A stretch of 64,000 bases of DNA from Octopus sinensis (GCF_006345805.1 NC_043010.1:30256001-30320000), one strand, 5' to 3'. Shown: positions 39,340 through 54,068, numbered from the stretch's first letter. Translations and numbers: made by a program. Notes: a model not told the origin generated them from the letters alone.

Positions 39340-39720
39340 TTACTCTAGGCACAAGGCCCAAAATTTGGGGGGAGGAGGTCGACCCCACTACGAAACTGGT
39401 ACTTAATTTATCGACCCCAAAAGGATAAAAGGCAAAATAGACATCAGCGGAATTTGAACTCAGAACGTAAAGACAGATGAAATACCTATTTCTTTATTAC
39501 CCACAAGGGGCTAAACATAGAAGGGACAAACAAGGACAGACATAGGTATTAAGTCGATTACATCGACCCCAGTGCGTAACTGGTACTTAATTTATCGACC
39601 CCGAAAGGATGAAAGGCAAGATCGACCTCGGCGGAATTTGAACTCACAACGTAACGACAGACGAAATACGGCTACGCATTTCACCCGGCGTGCTAACGTT
39701 TCTGCCAGCTCGCCGCCTTT
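39340..39720 (-). mobile_element. Two SINE copies (family of 63783-64000)
   Basis: 39500-39720 is a near-identical reverse complement of 63783-64000. Confidence 0.9.
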
Positions 39721-40107
39721 AAGTCTGGTATTTATGCTATGAGATCACCATGTCGCGCACATATGGTTGTGATGCATGTGCCTGGTGTACCCTTATCAGA
39801 CGAGTAGTCATGAGCTTTGTATATTTTACCCCAGTGTCACTTTGATGGCATGCACTGACCTTTCACTCAATAATAATGGTTGCAGAAGCCAGCAATTTCG
39901 GAGGATGAGCTAAGTCCAGTGTTCAATTGGTACTTGTTTTGCCACCATGCCATCTTGTGGAATCAAAATATTAAGAATGTCTTCTCGTCATTGAGAAACT
40001 TTACTCTTTTTTCTTCTTATTACCTTTTTAAATGCTTTCTTTATGTAATGTGTAAATATTAACTTGGAGATGCTATATAGTTGTAACATATCTCTATATT
40101 TCTACAG

Positions 40108-40289
40108 ATATAAAAGCGAAATTTAGCCACCACATAGAAAATGGTACATATCCGATGAAATGGGTAGAATCGGGGAATCCGTCGTCAAGGGTGAGGAACG
40201 TTACCTTGAATAATGAATATAGGATAAGTGGCTTGCAGTTGCACAAACAGTACAACATTAAAGTACAGACATGTGATATAAATATAAAG
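40108..40289 (+). CDS. Host gene exon D (phase 1-0): IKAKFSHHIENGTYPMKWVE..VTLNNEYRISGLQLHKQYNIKVQTCDINIK
   Basis: tatttctacAG acceptor, AAG|GTGAGT donor, open frame. Confidence 0.75.
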
Positions 40290-40959
40290 GTGAGTTAGTC
40301 TTTCATGTTAATTTCAGCATCACATTAAGTTTCAAACCGGAGATAGATATAGGAGTCAGCGGGTCAGCCTCTGTATGGTTTCAGGGCTTGCTACAACTAC
40401 GAGCCAATCCTCATAAATCACACCAGACAGTCTTAAATAATAAAAGGAGACAGATAAAGTGATCCTACACACACCTAAAATGGCGATTTTCACGACAGCA
40501 GCACTTTTGATCATAGAACCTGATGTATCATGATAGACCTGAGGCACAACCTTATACATACATACATACATACATACATACATACATACATACCTGCATA
40601 CATGTTTCTGAGTATGTATGTATATATGTATGTATGTATCTATATATATGTGTGTATGTGTGTATGTGTCTATGTGTGTGTGTATGTATATATATATATA
40701 TCGCCTGTCTTTACGTTCTGAGTTCAGATTTGCTTTTCATCGTTTCGGGGTCGATAAATTAAGTACCAGTTGCGTAATGGGGTCGATCTAATCGACTGGC
40801 CCCCTCCCCAAAAGTTTCGGGCCTGTACCTAGAGTAGAAAAGAATACTGAAGGAAATCAAACGAAATTTATACTGAATAAAATATATCATACAAGCAAAT
40901 GTTGTACAAATTTGGAACACAAAACAATAAACATTTTCAAAGATATGAATGAAATATTA

Positions 40960-41645
40960 ATTTTTGAACGTTACAAAAATATGTACACCCTAAAGGAAAT
41001 TTACTATTTTCGATATTCCACCCCCCCCTTTTTTTTAACTAAATTAAGATATTGCTGCTAATCTCAATTCTAATAAATTATTTTTCTTGGCATTTTTGCA
41101 ACGACCATTGTTATTGCATCTGCAGGAATTCTGATTTGTGTACCATGGTGAAAATCTTTATTGTGATTAAAATGGCACGAAAAGGAAAAGAATTGTCTTC
41201 CGATTTGAAGAAAATTATTTTTGATTTGCACAAGAATGGTTTAGGATACAAGTTAATTAGCAAACGAATACATAAATATTGTAAACACAGTTGCCAAAGT
41301 AATCCAGAAGTACAAAGCTACTGGATGGCTAAGCAATAAACATCGTCTAAATCATCCTATTTTAATTGCGCGTGATATTCTCAACATACAAAGTTGTGTG
41401 ATGGACGGCAGGTGTCGTACCGCTTCATCTTTGGCCCAAGAAGTGTCATCTGTTAGTGGAAAGAGTGTATCCACCCAAATAGTTCGCCCAAGTTTGAACC
41501 AGTGTGGTCTTCATAGACGCGTTCCTCGTAGACAGCCTCTCCTCACTACCAGACATAAATCAAGTCATCATTCTTTTGCCGAAACCTATGTGAGTAAAGG
41601 GAAGGAGTTATGGAATAATTTTTTTTTTCTGACGAAAACTTGGTC
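40960..41645 (+). mobile_element. Tc1 transposon 5' half
   Basis: MARKGKELSSDLKKIIFDLHKNGLGYKLISK; GLHRRVPRRQPLL. Confidence 0.85.
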
Positions 41646-43990
41646 TAGGGATGCACTTCAACACTTGGTGGTTAAAAGATGTTGCCGAAGGGCTTATGAT
41701 GCGACATTCAAAGGCATTTTGGATCGATGTTAAGCCTCTTAAGCCCTGTTTTCGTCTTAGGTACAGGCGGTCTACATCACTGTTTATGTGGAAAGTATGT
41801 GTGCTTGTTAGTATTTTTCGGGTTTTCATATCAAAGGTTCGGATCTCATCAAGCATCCAATCAAGCAGTTCAAATGTTGGTATGAATACTGTCACTGCAA
41901 ACACAGTGTGGGCCACTGTTTTATTGAATGCAGAGTATTCTGAGGTCCAAGTTTTCTTTATTCGGCTCTAATATTCTTTAGTGACAGGTGTTTTGTTACA
42001 AGTGCCACTGTAAGATATATTTTCATCCAACCCTAGATACCTGTAACATTTCTCGTCAGATACAGAGGAAACAGTCAAATCATTAATAAAGATGTTACTA
42101 GTCTGGTTTATAGTTTTCCATTTTCACAGCCATCTAACATTTATCCTGCCCAAACTCCAATCCTACATCCTTTGAGAATGTTGTAACTAGGTCAAGGCTC
42201 TTTTTCATTTCATATATATTCTTTGCATAAAGTTTTAAGTCATCCACAAAGAAAACAGTTTATAATTTTAGTATTTCTGTTTCCTTGTGAACCAGTGAGA
42301 TATCCTTCAGATTCTTTAACATGAATGACAAGGGGTTTTCAGAAAGTATAAACAGCATCACAGAAGTCTGTCTACTTGGAATATTGCCTTTCCGACACTG
42401 TATTCAATTGGTGATAATACAGTCACCCTTTGTGTTTAATTTCAAGATGGTGGCCCACGATGAAGTCAGATCAGCTATGGCTTTGACTATTCTCACTGAA
42501 ACTTTAGCAAGCTGAAGGGCTTCTAGCATCCATGAGTCGGGAACATAGTCAAAGGCTTTCTTGTAGTCTAGCCACATTGAAACTAGGTTCCTCCTATACT
42601 GCCTCACTTCTGACATCGCAGTTTGGTTGATTAACAATTGCTCGGTACATCCCCAGACTCCTTTTTTCCAGCTGCTTGTTCTGCTATGATAATGTTATTT
42701 GTTTCACAATAGTCCTGGATAAAGAGGTTTAAAACATGCTGTATAGATTTTATATATTATGTTCTGGCATGCAATTTTTTGCTATGTAGGTGGTTCTGCA
42801 TTTGAGGATCAGTTTTGTCTCTGCCAGAGCTAACAAGTATGGTATGCTATTATTCCCAATGAAAGCTTGCTGGTACAGATTGATAAGATATGGTCGGTAG
42901 AATGTTAGCTTCTTGTACCAATATTCAATAATCAAGTCTCTTCCAGGTGCTTTTCCATTCTGGAGTTTCTGGATCACAGTTGCAAGAGTTTCACCATCAA
43001 TGTTGTATGTCTTGGATGTAATGCAAGAGCAATAACTTTTTCGGATTTCTTCCAGCCACAGAGCATCTTGGTTAAATTCCTTCTCTTCACTCCAGATTTT
43101 CCTCCAGAAGGAGTCTATGTATTCTCGTGCAGGAGCTTCTGTGATATTTATTGCTCCTCCTCTCATGTCTCTGTATACTTTTTCCTGGATGCGGTTAGAT
43201 TTTTTGTTTATTGTTCGGCTCTCGGTTATTCTCTTCTGATGTCGGAGGTTTTCACTAACAGCTTTTAGCTCTTGCTTGAGGGTAATCAGTTTGCAAGTGA
43301 GTGTCCTCTTTTTGCTGTCTCCAAGCATCATTTCTATCTCCTTCTTTACTTTCTGTTGGTGGGACGTATAGTAACTTGCTTGTTTGCATGCAATTAGCAT
43401 CATTACATGACTGATGGTCTTCCGTAAACCAGCTATCTTTTTCTTTGTCTTCAAAACCCATGATGGTACTTTCTTTGTTATTTCGGTTTTGTTTACTTTT
43501 TTAATATCATTAATGTACTGTTTTATAGTAGTAGCCAGAGCATATAGACAGGCATTAATCTGCCAGTATGTGGGTTAATCACACTGTTGTAAATACTTAT
43601 CACCAATTTCGTTAACAGCTTTTAATACCGTATCTGGTGTTTTTTTATTTACTTACTTTAGTAGAGAATACTCTCTCTTCGAGAGAGCCCTCCAAAGCCA
43701 AAGTTACTTTTTCTCGGAAAATTTCAGTAAGGGCACATTTCACTGGCATATAATCCTGACTACCACTACTACTACAATAATCGTTGCGATTGCGCCTGCT
43801 ATTTACCATAGTCGTAGTAGGGGGGCAGTGGTCAGTTACTTGAGCCAATAATGTAGTTTGGCTAGCAGGCACTGTAGAATCTTTTGGAATGTCGCTAGCT
43901 GCGAAACCACGTGGTAGCCTTATATCATTCACGTCTTCGCTTTTGTTTATAGAGTTGGGAAGAAGGTTAATCTTCGATTTCTTTATAAAG
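41646..43990 (-). mobile_element. R4/Dong LINE, decayed
   Basis: KAPGRD.I..YWYK, WLDYKKAFDYVPDSW, FVDDLKLY, YRYLG, HINSDVDRLYLRR. Confidence 0.9.
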
Positions 43991-44000
43991 TTACAGTTAC

Positions 44001-44162
44001 TATGTATGTATGTACGTATGTATGTATGTATGTATGTATGTATGTATGTATGTATGTATGTATGTATGTATGTATGTATTATGTATGTATGTATGTATGT
44101 ATGTATGTATGTATGTATGTATGTATGTATGTATGTATGTATGTATATATGTATGTATGTAT
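44001..44162. repeat. (TATG)n tetranucleotide microsatellite
   Basis: Direct reading. Confidence 0.95.
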
Positions 44163-44529
44163 GTAAATGTATATGTATATACTTATATATGCCGAATCAA
44201 CACTTCCGATTTGTTAGTTCCCTGCTGATGTCAATCAGTCAAGTTTGATAATTATTCAAAGACAATTAGTGGTCAGATTTTTTATGACATCTTTAAACCA
44301 TTAGAAGAGTTCGATTGTTCGTCGAAAATTTCCCTCCCGAAAAAAAAGGTGCCAGATTCTAACTTTGGAGAGACCTGCTACAATACAGTCATAGCTAGGA
44401 AGCATTTAATCATAGGTCTAGGGTGAAGCAACAACAAACGCAGCAGCAAAAACGACTGCATGAACAACAACTGAAGTTGAGCAGTCAATCAGAGTACCTT
44501 TTCCTTTCATACTTTTATCTACTTTTCAG

Positions 44530-44620
44530 CTCACAATAACGTTCATCCACACACTGTCTGATGGTAAACTGAAAGACTTCAAGGAATTTTCTTATGCGTG
44601 CAGCTGGAAAACTTTTGGAG
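44530..44620 (+). CDS. Host gene exon E (phase 0-1): LTITFIHTLSDGKLKDFKEFSYACSWKTFG
   Basis: ctacttttcAG acceptor, GAG|GTATTT donor; phase fits exons D and F. Confidence 0.7.
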
Positions 44621-45027
44621 GTATTTTAAAAATTACTATTTCCATGTTATTATTTTTCTATTTATATGCATATTCATTTACGTACATGTTTGCGGTGTTG
44701 TATAGAGTTAGATGAACGATAGATTTTTCCCTTGAATGAGACAGCGGCTCAATGTAAGTAACACAAAAGATCTACCGTCTATGACACTTAGGCGGGCAAT
44801 TAGAGAATATAGAATAGTGTTACACTCTGAAACACAACGAAATTCTGGTAGCAGATTTGAAACCCCGACTCCTGCATAGTTACCGGATCTTGATAAATTT
44901 CACCAGATCAGTTTTTAAAACTGTAGTGCTGATGAAGTTTTGCATGCTGAGGATAAAATCTGCATTGGTGATTTTTTCTGAAAATTAATAATAGATACAA
45001 GCAGTTAAAGTTTTTTTTAAATTTTAG

Positions 45028-45210
45028 CCAACCAAAAATGTCTATTGCCGACATATCAGAACTGTTTGTTGTCATTGAAATCAGACAACGAAGATGAAAC
45101 ATTTACGTGGTCCATTGAGGTGTTAGAAATGGCAGACAAATCTTTTTTAAGTCACACCATAAAGTGTAAAAATAAAAAGAACGACACATTATATGATGTA
45201 GTTCGGGCTA
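45028..45210 (+). CDS. Host gene exon F (starts phase 1; 3' end uncertain): NQKCLLPTYQNCLLSLKS..HTIKC
   Basis: aattttAG acceptor; the frame-compatible donor at 45210 is weak (alternatives 45119 and 45206). Confidence 0.5.
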
Positions 45211-45466
45211 GTGTATTTTTCATTTATAGAGTCCTAATGCGTTGTATTATGGTGCTAAATTCACAGCGACACAAAATGTTTATCATACATAAAAATAAAC
45301 ATAACGCTGAGCACGTGTTTGTAATTAATACATACAACATGTTTATATTTACATATAATATTATATATAGATTAAAATAGACAATGAAAAAGCAAAACGT
45401 ATGGCATGACTCGAAAAACATTTAATTTAAAGAGAGAATATAAACATAGTTATGATAAAAAGTTAG

Positions 45467-45555
45467 TCTCTTACAGCTGTTTCTAGAATAATCAAGCATG
45501 TGGATCATGATATTGAGTAAAGATACCATAAGCTGAGTACCCTGCCGTCAGAGAG
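45467..45555 (-). ncRNA. Degraded PLE hammerhead motif
   Basis: tctct-CTGACGG-...-GAAA-cagctg-TA-agaga. Confidence 0.5.
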
Positions 45556-45725
45556 AAAGATGACAGAAAATATAGAAATCAAGAATATCCTCAATCAAGG
45601 ATATCAGTAATTTCCAGTTCGTTGGAAAATGAATTAAAAGTTTATGCATTTGATAGTAAAATAGAATAATAAAGCTATTGGTTAGCTAATTATGAATGAA
45701 AAACTAATATCCCAACTTCAGAATA

Positions 45726-46720
45726 CGTGGACCGATTGAAAAGTTTATAGACTGGGTAAGACGCTTTCATAGAATGTAACTAAATGAGGTTTATTTTTCA
45801 ACATAGTCTCCCCTGTCATCCATACACTTCTTCCGTCGGTGTTACAGAGTTCGGATCCCATTGGTGAAGCCTTCATCCTGTTGCTCAAAAAGTCGCAAAC
45901 AACAAATATGATGTCATCATTGCTGTGATAGTGGTTCACGGCCAAATGTTTTTTAATGTTGAAGAACAGATGATAGTCAGATAGGATCAGATGAATAGAA
46001 TGGGGAAGGTGATCACCAGTTCAAAGTCACACTCGCATACAGTATCCATTAAAACCAAGGATCTGAATGCTAGAGCATTGTCCTGGTGAAACAAGACTCT
46101 TTTCGTCAGTTTTAGTGGCCGTTTGGTTTTTGATAGCCTTTTGTAACTGCCTCAGCAAGTTGGCATATTACTCCCCATTGATGATGTGACCCTTTTGAAG
46201 ATAGTCAATAAACACAATACCTTTTGCATCCCCCAAAACTAAAGTCATCACCATCCCTGCATATGAAACAACTTTTGCCTTCTTTGGAGTTGGTGAGGAG
46301 AGGTGTTTCAATCGCCAGTCATCCATCAGCATGTGGTTAATACGATCAATGTTTTCTTCGGTGGTGGTAGCTGCTTGACGTCCAGACTTTAACGTCTTCA
46401 AAACTCTCCCTTTTCCATCTAAATTCAGCTGCCCGCTTTTGCACTGTTCATAAAACTGGAGCGCCATCTAATGTAGCATATCCTTTCAGCATGAATGTCC
46501 TTGGGGAATCAAACCCTTTTTTGCAAGTACTTGATAAGACTACGATGCCAAATTTTGTCCATTTTCAAGGGACGTTACTAGTAGCTACATTTGTAGTCTT
46601 CTTTGTACAGTCGGATATCAGTTTACCTGGGATGAAACAATGCAGTTATTAATAAGAAGTGATGAAATTAATGCCGGCAAGATTTCACAGCTCTAGGATC
46701 ACTCCTTTATAGTCAGCCTA
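45726..46720 (-). mobile_element. Mariner, same family as 28943-30172, internally deleted
   Basis: DAKGIVFIDYLQKGHIINGE; shared terminal sequence. Confidence 0.85.
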
Positions 46721-47662
46721 ATAATCTTGTTTGTGTGTGTGTGTGTGTGCGTTCCTTTTGCGCTCGTGGATATATGTTACGTTGGTTGCATGCCTATCTA
46801 TAAATGTTTACTTATTGTGTACGTGAGTATGTGTTGTGAATGTGAGTGTAATGGTACGCACGTGTGCGTGCATGTGTGTGTATGCGTGTGTGTGGTATGT
46901 GCTTTTTGTGCACGCATGTATATGTGCGTAAAAATTGTATGCGTATGTGTGAATGTGTCTCTGTGTGCAAGTACGCGTGTGTATTTGTGTTTGTAAATAT
47001 ATGTATTTGTTTGCGATTCTTAAAATAAGAATAGCAGGGTTCAATGCGAAATGCTTTGCATTATGCAAATGAGATGCTAAGAGAAAAAAATTCCTGCTTG
47101 TCTATATGTCTGTCTCCCTACTTCCATCTCTCTCTGTATTTCAGTTGCGAAAAGTGTGCGATTGCAGGTTGTATTGTGTCCTGAACTGGTTTGCTGTAGA
47201 CACAATACATGCGTAGCTTTGATTGGTTTTTTTAATGTTCATTATTACTGTTGTACTATAAGTAATATTACATGTGAAGCAATTTTGTGAACCTTCACAT
47301 AACACAAAACCATCCTTATGTACAAATAATGTCTATCAATCACAGAAAGAAATCAACAAACGCAAATTATGATTTGAATATAACTTTATTTATTACTTTT
47401 TTTGCGTGTACGCCTGGCTGAACCATAAACAATATTTACTTCATTATAGGATGGCAAATACATTCTATGAACATAAATATTAATGTTAATAGGAATATGA
47501 TAAATTCATAATAGAAAGTACATGAATATATGAACATCTCTCGACCTTTAGACATAAATTCAAAATATTAGAGTTGAATACATGGACATTTTAGATATAA
47601 TCTCTTCTCTCCCTCACACTCTGTCCCTCTGTCCCGCTCTCTATCTATCAACACACATACAC

Positions 47663-47702
<40 letters not shown>

Positions 47703-48005
47703 GCACACACATATCAAAACACGACACGTGTAATATGGAATTAGGATATACAAAATATTTCCAGCTTTCTGTTCTGATATGTAATTACTCTGCGAATAGA
47801 ATTCACTAGAAATTTAAATTACTATGTGTATCTTATTCAAAATAAAACATTTATATACATATATTTGATTACTGCAAATATGCAGATGTGCTTCACGAGG
47901 ACACAACTTGAAGTAAAACCTTTTATATATACTATTATATATATACATATATATGTGTGTGTTTGTGTATATTTATATATATATATGTATATGCATACAT
48001 ACACA

Positions 48006-48067
<62 letters not shown>

Positions 48068-48111
48068 AATGAGTAGAGATGGTTTTTGGGAGATAAATTT
48101 TATTTTAATAA

Positions 48112-48480
48112 TCATGTTTGCTTGCTTTGGTCCTTGATGAGATCTCCAGTACTTGATTTCAGAGGGGCTGACTTGGTTGCGGATAGACCGAGGGCCTTCT
48201 TCAAACCAGCATACATCCCACGGATGTCGCCACTGTCAGCAGCTGAATGGATACTCTGACAGATTTCCTGCAAATATCTATTTGCACAGCGTCTGGCAGT
48301 CAATTGGGTTTTATTTCTTGCCTTTCTGAGTTCTTCGAGTGACTTTGTAGAAGAATCACTCTTGTATTGCATCAGAGATGCACGCTTTGCTTCGATAACT
48401 GGTTCCAGCTCTGAGAGCCCAGCACTGAACCAATCTGGGTTTTGCCTTTCTCTCATGCCGAAAGTATCTATTGATGTTTA
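48112..48480 (-). mobile_element. RTE-clade LINE fragment
   Basis: PDWF..IEAKR..ARRCANRY..AADSGDIRGMYAGLKKALG. Confidence 0.75.
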
Positions 48481-48584
48481 CAGTGAGTGATTCTGGTATG
48501 AATTTCAAGTTTCAAATTGCCGTTTTCAAACTGAAAAATATATGTTTTACTGGTTGATTAAATAGCAAAGAATTTTTTTCTTAA

Positions 48585-50070
48585 AGTATACACACAAAAA
48601 CCAGTAACTTCCATGGATTACCCAAGATCCACAAATCAAAAGAAATCCAAGACAACATAAAAGGAAATAATTCAACAAATGGCGAAATTCCGAAACTCAG
48701 AGACCTGAACCTACACCTAATCATTGCAAGACCAGCATCCAGCACACAACGCTTAAGCAACTTAATACATATAGTTCTATAACCTTTATGCAAAATGATA
48801 CCAAGCTTTGTCCGGGACGATATGGACTTTTTAAACTACATACCTAAAAGTGTCCACCAAGAGAAATTCTTGTTAGTAAAACTAGTCTAAACACCAATAT
48901 CGCACACGACCTAGGAATCGAAGCTATAAATTTCTGGTTAACAAAGCATCCGAATCATATCATGGAAAGATAGTCAAAAGCCTTCATTTTAGAATGATGA
49001 AAATAAATATTAGAAAATAATCACTTCTTCGACAACAATTTCTACTTACGAATAAAAGGAACAGCGATGGGAACAAAAGTATTCCCTGACCAAAAACCAA
49101 GAAGACTTAGGAATCTTTCACTCGCTTTTAAATAATTTATATACCTCAATAAAATTCACCATGGAACAACACACAAAGGAATTACCATTTTCAGATATAC
49201 CTTTAATTAAAGAAGATAACACCATAAAAATAGGTCTATTCTACAAACCTACAGACACACGCCAATATTTGAACTTTCATTCCTCCAATCTCTCACATGC
49301 CAAAAGAAACATACCCTTTAATATAGCAAAACAGTTTTTCACTCAAGTAATAGATGAAGAACTAAGGGTTAAAAGATTGCAAGAATTCAAAATATTTCTA
49401 AAAGAACAAAAGTATCCCACTAGATTAATTGACACAGCAATCACCAAAGTAAAAACATCCCAACTACAGACCTCAGAGGAACACACACAAAAATAAAAAA
49501 TGAACTCATTAGTTTTTCTTTTGTCATCACCCAGAACTTAAGAAATCACATCACCAATACTTCAAAATGATACCACCCAGTTCTTCAACAATCATCAAAA
49601 ATGACCAAACTAATAACAAATAATTTACAGTAGACGTCAAACACCAAACCTAAAAAGCTTTTAACTCAAGACAGATTTACAACTAAAGAAACAACAAAGA
49701 GAGTTTAAAAATATGGTGACCGTCGTTGTGGAACATGTGATTACATTGAAGAAGGAAGACAAACAACATTTTAAAAATAAACGTAAATATGAATTGCAAA
49801 TTCAGAAACCTAATTTACATGTCTCGAATGTAAAAAATACTACATTGGTGAAACGGTCATTCGACTATGTGAGAGTAAGGGTACATAAGTAACAAATCCA
49901 TGATTCCTGTGTTGAAACACAACTTGCAGTGTACACTTCCAAAAATGTGAGAAAAGAAAATTCAAAATATTTCCCTTCTTCAAACTGTGGACAGAAAATG
50001 AACATTTCTGTAAGGCCTAAGAAAAATACTTTATTCGAAAATACCAACCAAAATCGAACAAAAATAATGC
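48585..50070 (+). mobile_element. Penelope-like element RT plus GIY-YIG, pseudogenised
   Basis: FHGLPKIHK, RDDMDFL, KGTAMGT, IKFTME..ELPF, YKPTDTRQYLNFHS, CGTC, YYIGET. Confidence 0.9.
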
Positions 50071-50220
50071 CAAAACCACCGGAACTACCATCCCAATAAT
50101 CCACAGAAAGACAGCAACCAAACATTGCCTGAATAATAAAATCTACATTTGAGTATATACTTTTGTATGTACTATTTTATGCACCTAAAAAGTTATATAT
50201 ATATATATATATATATATAT

Positions 50221-50300
50221 ACGAGAAAGAAGCAACAAGAATGGATTGGTTTTTAGTACAATTGTTTCATACAAGGACAGGCTTGTTGCTTCTTTCTCGT
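50221..50300. repeat. 19-bp inverted repeat around a PLE end remnant
   Basis: ACGAGAAAGAAGCAACAAG...CTTGTTGCTTCTTTCTCGT; partial GAAA-caattg-TA on the minus strand. Confidence 0.75.
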
Positions 50301-50416
50301 TTATAATCACCCCACATTACTGTATGGATAACACCATATAGTTTTTCTGGTGCATCTAAGTTAAGTACCACATTCAAGTAAATTCATTGGAAGTTACTTG
50401 AATCTTAATTGCTTTG

Positions 50417-50458
<42 letters not shown>

Positions 50459-50648
50459 TTTCTCCCTTTGCTCTTTCTCCACCTCTCTCTCTTTCTCTCT
50501 CTTTCAATGTTTATATATATATATATATATGTGTGTGTGTATGTATGTATGTATGTATGTATGTATGTATGTATGTTTATGTATATACATACATGTATAT
50601 ACCTATACATGTATGGAAGTGTTCGCTGCAAGTTGTGTTTCTTCTTCT

Positions 50649-50732
<84 letters not shown>

Positions 50733-51539
50733 CACACACATATATATATATATATGTACATTATTCTGTAATGAGTATATAAGGCATAAATTTAGGAGGT
50801 ATAATTTATTTAACTACATGCTTCCAAAGAATTACGGCCGTTTCGCAACCTTCTTCATATAGTATTAATTTCTGTATGCAAGAAATTGTATGTACATGTT
50901 TGCATTAATATGTATGGCGGCATTACATAATGTAATCATATAGTCACAAATTAATGCAAAGAAAGAAAGTTAACTCATTAGATAACCATAATATCACGGT
51001 TACATCAACAGTCTAAGTGTACACTCTTTATATTTACTATGTCTGCAAGGTAGCAAATGATCAGTAAATGGTAAAAAACAGGGCAAAGACTGTAGTGCTA
51101 TTCATAATAGAAAAAAATATCAATTCACATATGATTGCCTTCAGATCAATTAAGTTAAAGTGCCAGATTGAAAATTAAGGTATTTACAAGAAAAATTCAA
51201 ATTCATATTATTTGAATTTTTCTTGTTATATATCACATTTAAACACAAACATTTTTATTCTGATGTTTAATCTATCTTATATCTTACATACTGTATTTGA
51301 CATATACTTGATTTTACATAATTGTTATACGTACTAATTCATATTTATATTGTATAATTTATAAATTTTAATTCTTAATATTACAAAGTAGAATTTTTAT
51401 TCTTAATTTTTAAGTTGTAATTTTTAATCTTTAATGCTGAATTGTATTGCTTATTTTTAAAGGGATGTAAAATTAGATATATAGTATTTTAAAATAGAAC
51501 CTGAAGATGTGTTGGAATAATTGTAAATCTGACGATTGC

Positions 51540-51574
<35 letters not shown>

Positions 51575-52049
51575 TGTATGTATGTATATGGGTATACAGT
51601 GGTGTATATGTGTAAATATATTGTAATCTTCCAATACTGAAACTGGTGTAGTTCCTTCATATTTAATAAATAAAAGTATTAACTAAAATATGACATACCC
51701 AGCTGGAAATTTTGGTTATATCCTTTAAGTATTATTTCGTGATGTGCAAACTGATACCATGAGTTTACTGTAAGATATACTCATCAGGTTATTTTTGTAT
51801 TATCTGAAATAGAATACTCGCATATCGATTAATCCCCAAAAATTGAATATTGACTTTTATCAGATACTTTGTATATTTATAGATAAATGTATAAATGTAC
51901 GATAAATAGGACCCCAAAGTACGATATGTAGATGCATATAACGCTGTAGGATTACACCTGATTGATTTGGAAATTTGTTTTCCCAAATTATTTATATATA
52001 TTTATATATATATATAATTAAAATAAGCAACAAGTATATCCAGAGGTAA

Positions 52050-52136
52050 TGCAGTACGATCGTTTCATGCAGCTCCATTTAATTTAACAATGAAACCATT
52101 ACATCAATTTAAAATGCAGAGCAATCCTCAGCTGCA
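52050..52136 (-). ncRNA. PLE hammerhead motif with intact core
   Basis: tgcag-CTGAGGA-ttgc...gcat-GAAA-cgatcg-TA-ctgca. Confidence 0.7.
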
Positions 52137-52623
52137 CAAATACATAGAATTTAATTAAATTACAACAAATGAACACATTTGTATAATTATACCTAAAATC
52201 TCCAAGAAGTTAAGGAGATAGACAAAGAACACTCCGCTGTCGTTATTTGATTGCTGTTATTCTATGCGTCTGTGTGTGAAGATACTTGCGTTTTGCAGGG
52301 TTGCTTTATTTTTACCCTTAACTTAGAAATAGAGAAAGACATAGTGCTAGATATAAAAATAAGCCATTTGTGGTTAGAAATAAAGTGGAAAAACGTGAAA
52401 TTTTTCGAGCAGGCATGTGTCTTATGTGAAATCTGTGATGAGCCCGAGTGATGTTGATGACTTGGAGTCACCTCTGATTATATATCTTTAAATTAGCATA
52501 GAACTCGTTATAAATGACGGGATATAGTTTTATTCTTTACTGTTGACACCAGGTACCTTAAACTGTATTTTTTTAATAAAATGTATCTCTTATTTTTCTT
52601 GATTTACTTTTATTTCTTTGCAG

Positions 52624-52865
52624 TTCATGTTTGGTTATTGTCAATCGCAACAGAAATAGTTCCTAAAATCTCGACCACAATGACTTTGAACAATAACGCA
52701 GTGAAAACAGGAAATATAAGCATTCAGATTCCATCGAATATAATTCAGCCAAATTCAATTAGAATTGGTTACACAGATATATTTATATTACCATTTATTG
52801 ATTGCATAGACGCTAAATCAATAGACGTGAAAAACTCTGGGCGAAGGAATTATAGCCTAATCAAT
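52624..52865 (+). CDS. Host gene exon G (phase 1-0), PLAT-like module 1
   Basis: Long pyrimidine tract plus gcAG, AAT|GTAAAT donor; IRIGYTDIFIL aligns with the PLAT FE.G..D.F motif. Confidence 0.65.
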
Positions 52866-53339
52866 GTAAATCAACTATCTTTTATCTAATATTCATTTAG
52901 TTGTTGATTTAAAAAAATTTCCACTGAAGTTTTGTTTTATTTGCACTGATGTGAAAAGACAGAGGAGGTAGTTATTGATTTACATATGAATGTTAAGTTC
53001 ATATCCAGTGATACGTTTCTAGGTGAGATGTTTTATACGGCATAGTTAATCAAAAGAAGAGCATAGGATGACTGTGTCGTATATGTGGTGGAACTGAGAG
53101 ATTCTCTTGGCAACCACTTCGAGTTGACCAATAAATTTCTTATAGGAATTTGGTAGATATGAGATATGTGGAAGCCTTCAGTCCGCCCTCTCTCTTCGCG
53201 CTCTCCCCACTCTCAACTGTATCCTCTTTCCATTCCCTTTCCACTCCTCTACTCTATCCTCTCACCGGAAAATTCTACTTGCTACCTCCTACATTTCCCC
53301 ACACCTCCCGTCCTCTATATGCACCTGAAACCTATGCAA

Positions 53340-53670
53340 CTTACTAATCTGTAGCTCTCCTCCCTCTCATAATCCCATCCACCCTGGATCCTCATTTGCT
53401 CCAGACATTGTTACCACACGTGTCCGTTGCTCACCACCTTCTTTACGGTGAACACATCTTTTACTATTTCTCTTTTACCTCCACCAACATCTTCTATTGT
53501 ATTAAATGCTCTCTTTACGGGGCCTTATATATTAGCCAAACCAGTCATCGTTTAGTAGACCGATTAACCGAGCACTTAAGAGACATCCGTCTCCAGAAAC
53601 AAACTCCCGTTTCTCATCCTTTCCCTTCGGCGAACCACTCCATACAAAGACATAGACTGCTCTCTTGATC
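53340..53670 (+). mobile_element. Penelope GIY-YIG fragment
   Basis: STNIFYCIKCSLYGALYISQT..L.DRL.EHLRDI. Confidence 0.8.
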
Positions 53671-53895
53671 TTGCGTAACGGATCCGCAATGTTATTTTGC
53701 CACTATAACATGGCTGTTCTATAAAGAACTATATTACTAGAATTTAACCTCAGGAAAACGTCTTTTCCAGCTGGTTAACCACACACACCTATGTCCGATA
53801 CAGTGTCAGTTGTTATAGTGACAAAAAAATGTTACCGTCTAATTTTGTTACTACTTATATCTCATTTAGAGATTTTAGAACTAGCTATGTTGTGC

Positions 53896-53938
<43 letters not shown>

Positions 53939-54033
53939 ATTCAAACAAGAAAGCACAAAAAAAACACAACAACCCGAGGACGTGGAACAAATATAGTATT
54001 ATTGGACGCTCAGGAAAGAAGGAAAGAAGGAGG

Positions 54034-54068
54034 GTTTAACGTTTCGAGCGGAGCTCTTCGTCGGAAAC
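54034..54068 (-). ncRNA. Minimal PLE hammerhead motif in pseudo-LTR 53934-54135
   Basis: gttt-CCGACGA-a-gagc tcc gctc-GAAA-cg-TT-aaac. Confidence 0.65.

Noticed and set aside
47144-47210. Good acceptor followed by Cys-rich frames between exons F and G
   Set aside because: No donor gives a phase consistent with both neighbours
51186-51226. 17-bp perfect hairpin
   Set aside because: AT-rich, intronic and isolated; no evidence of function
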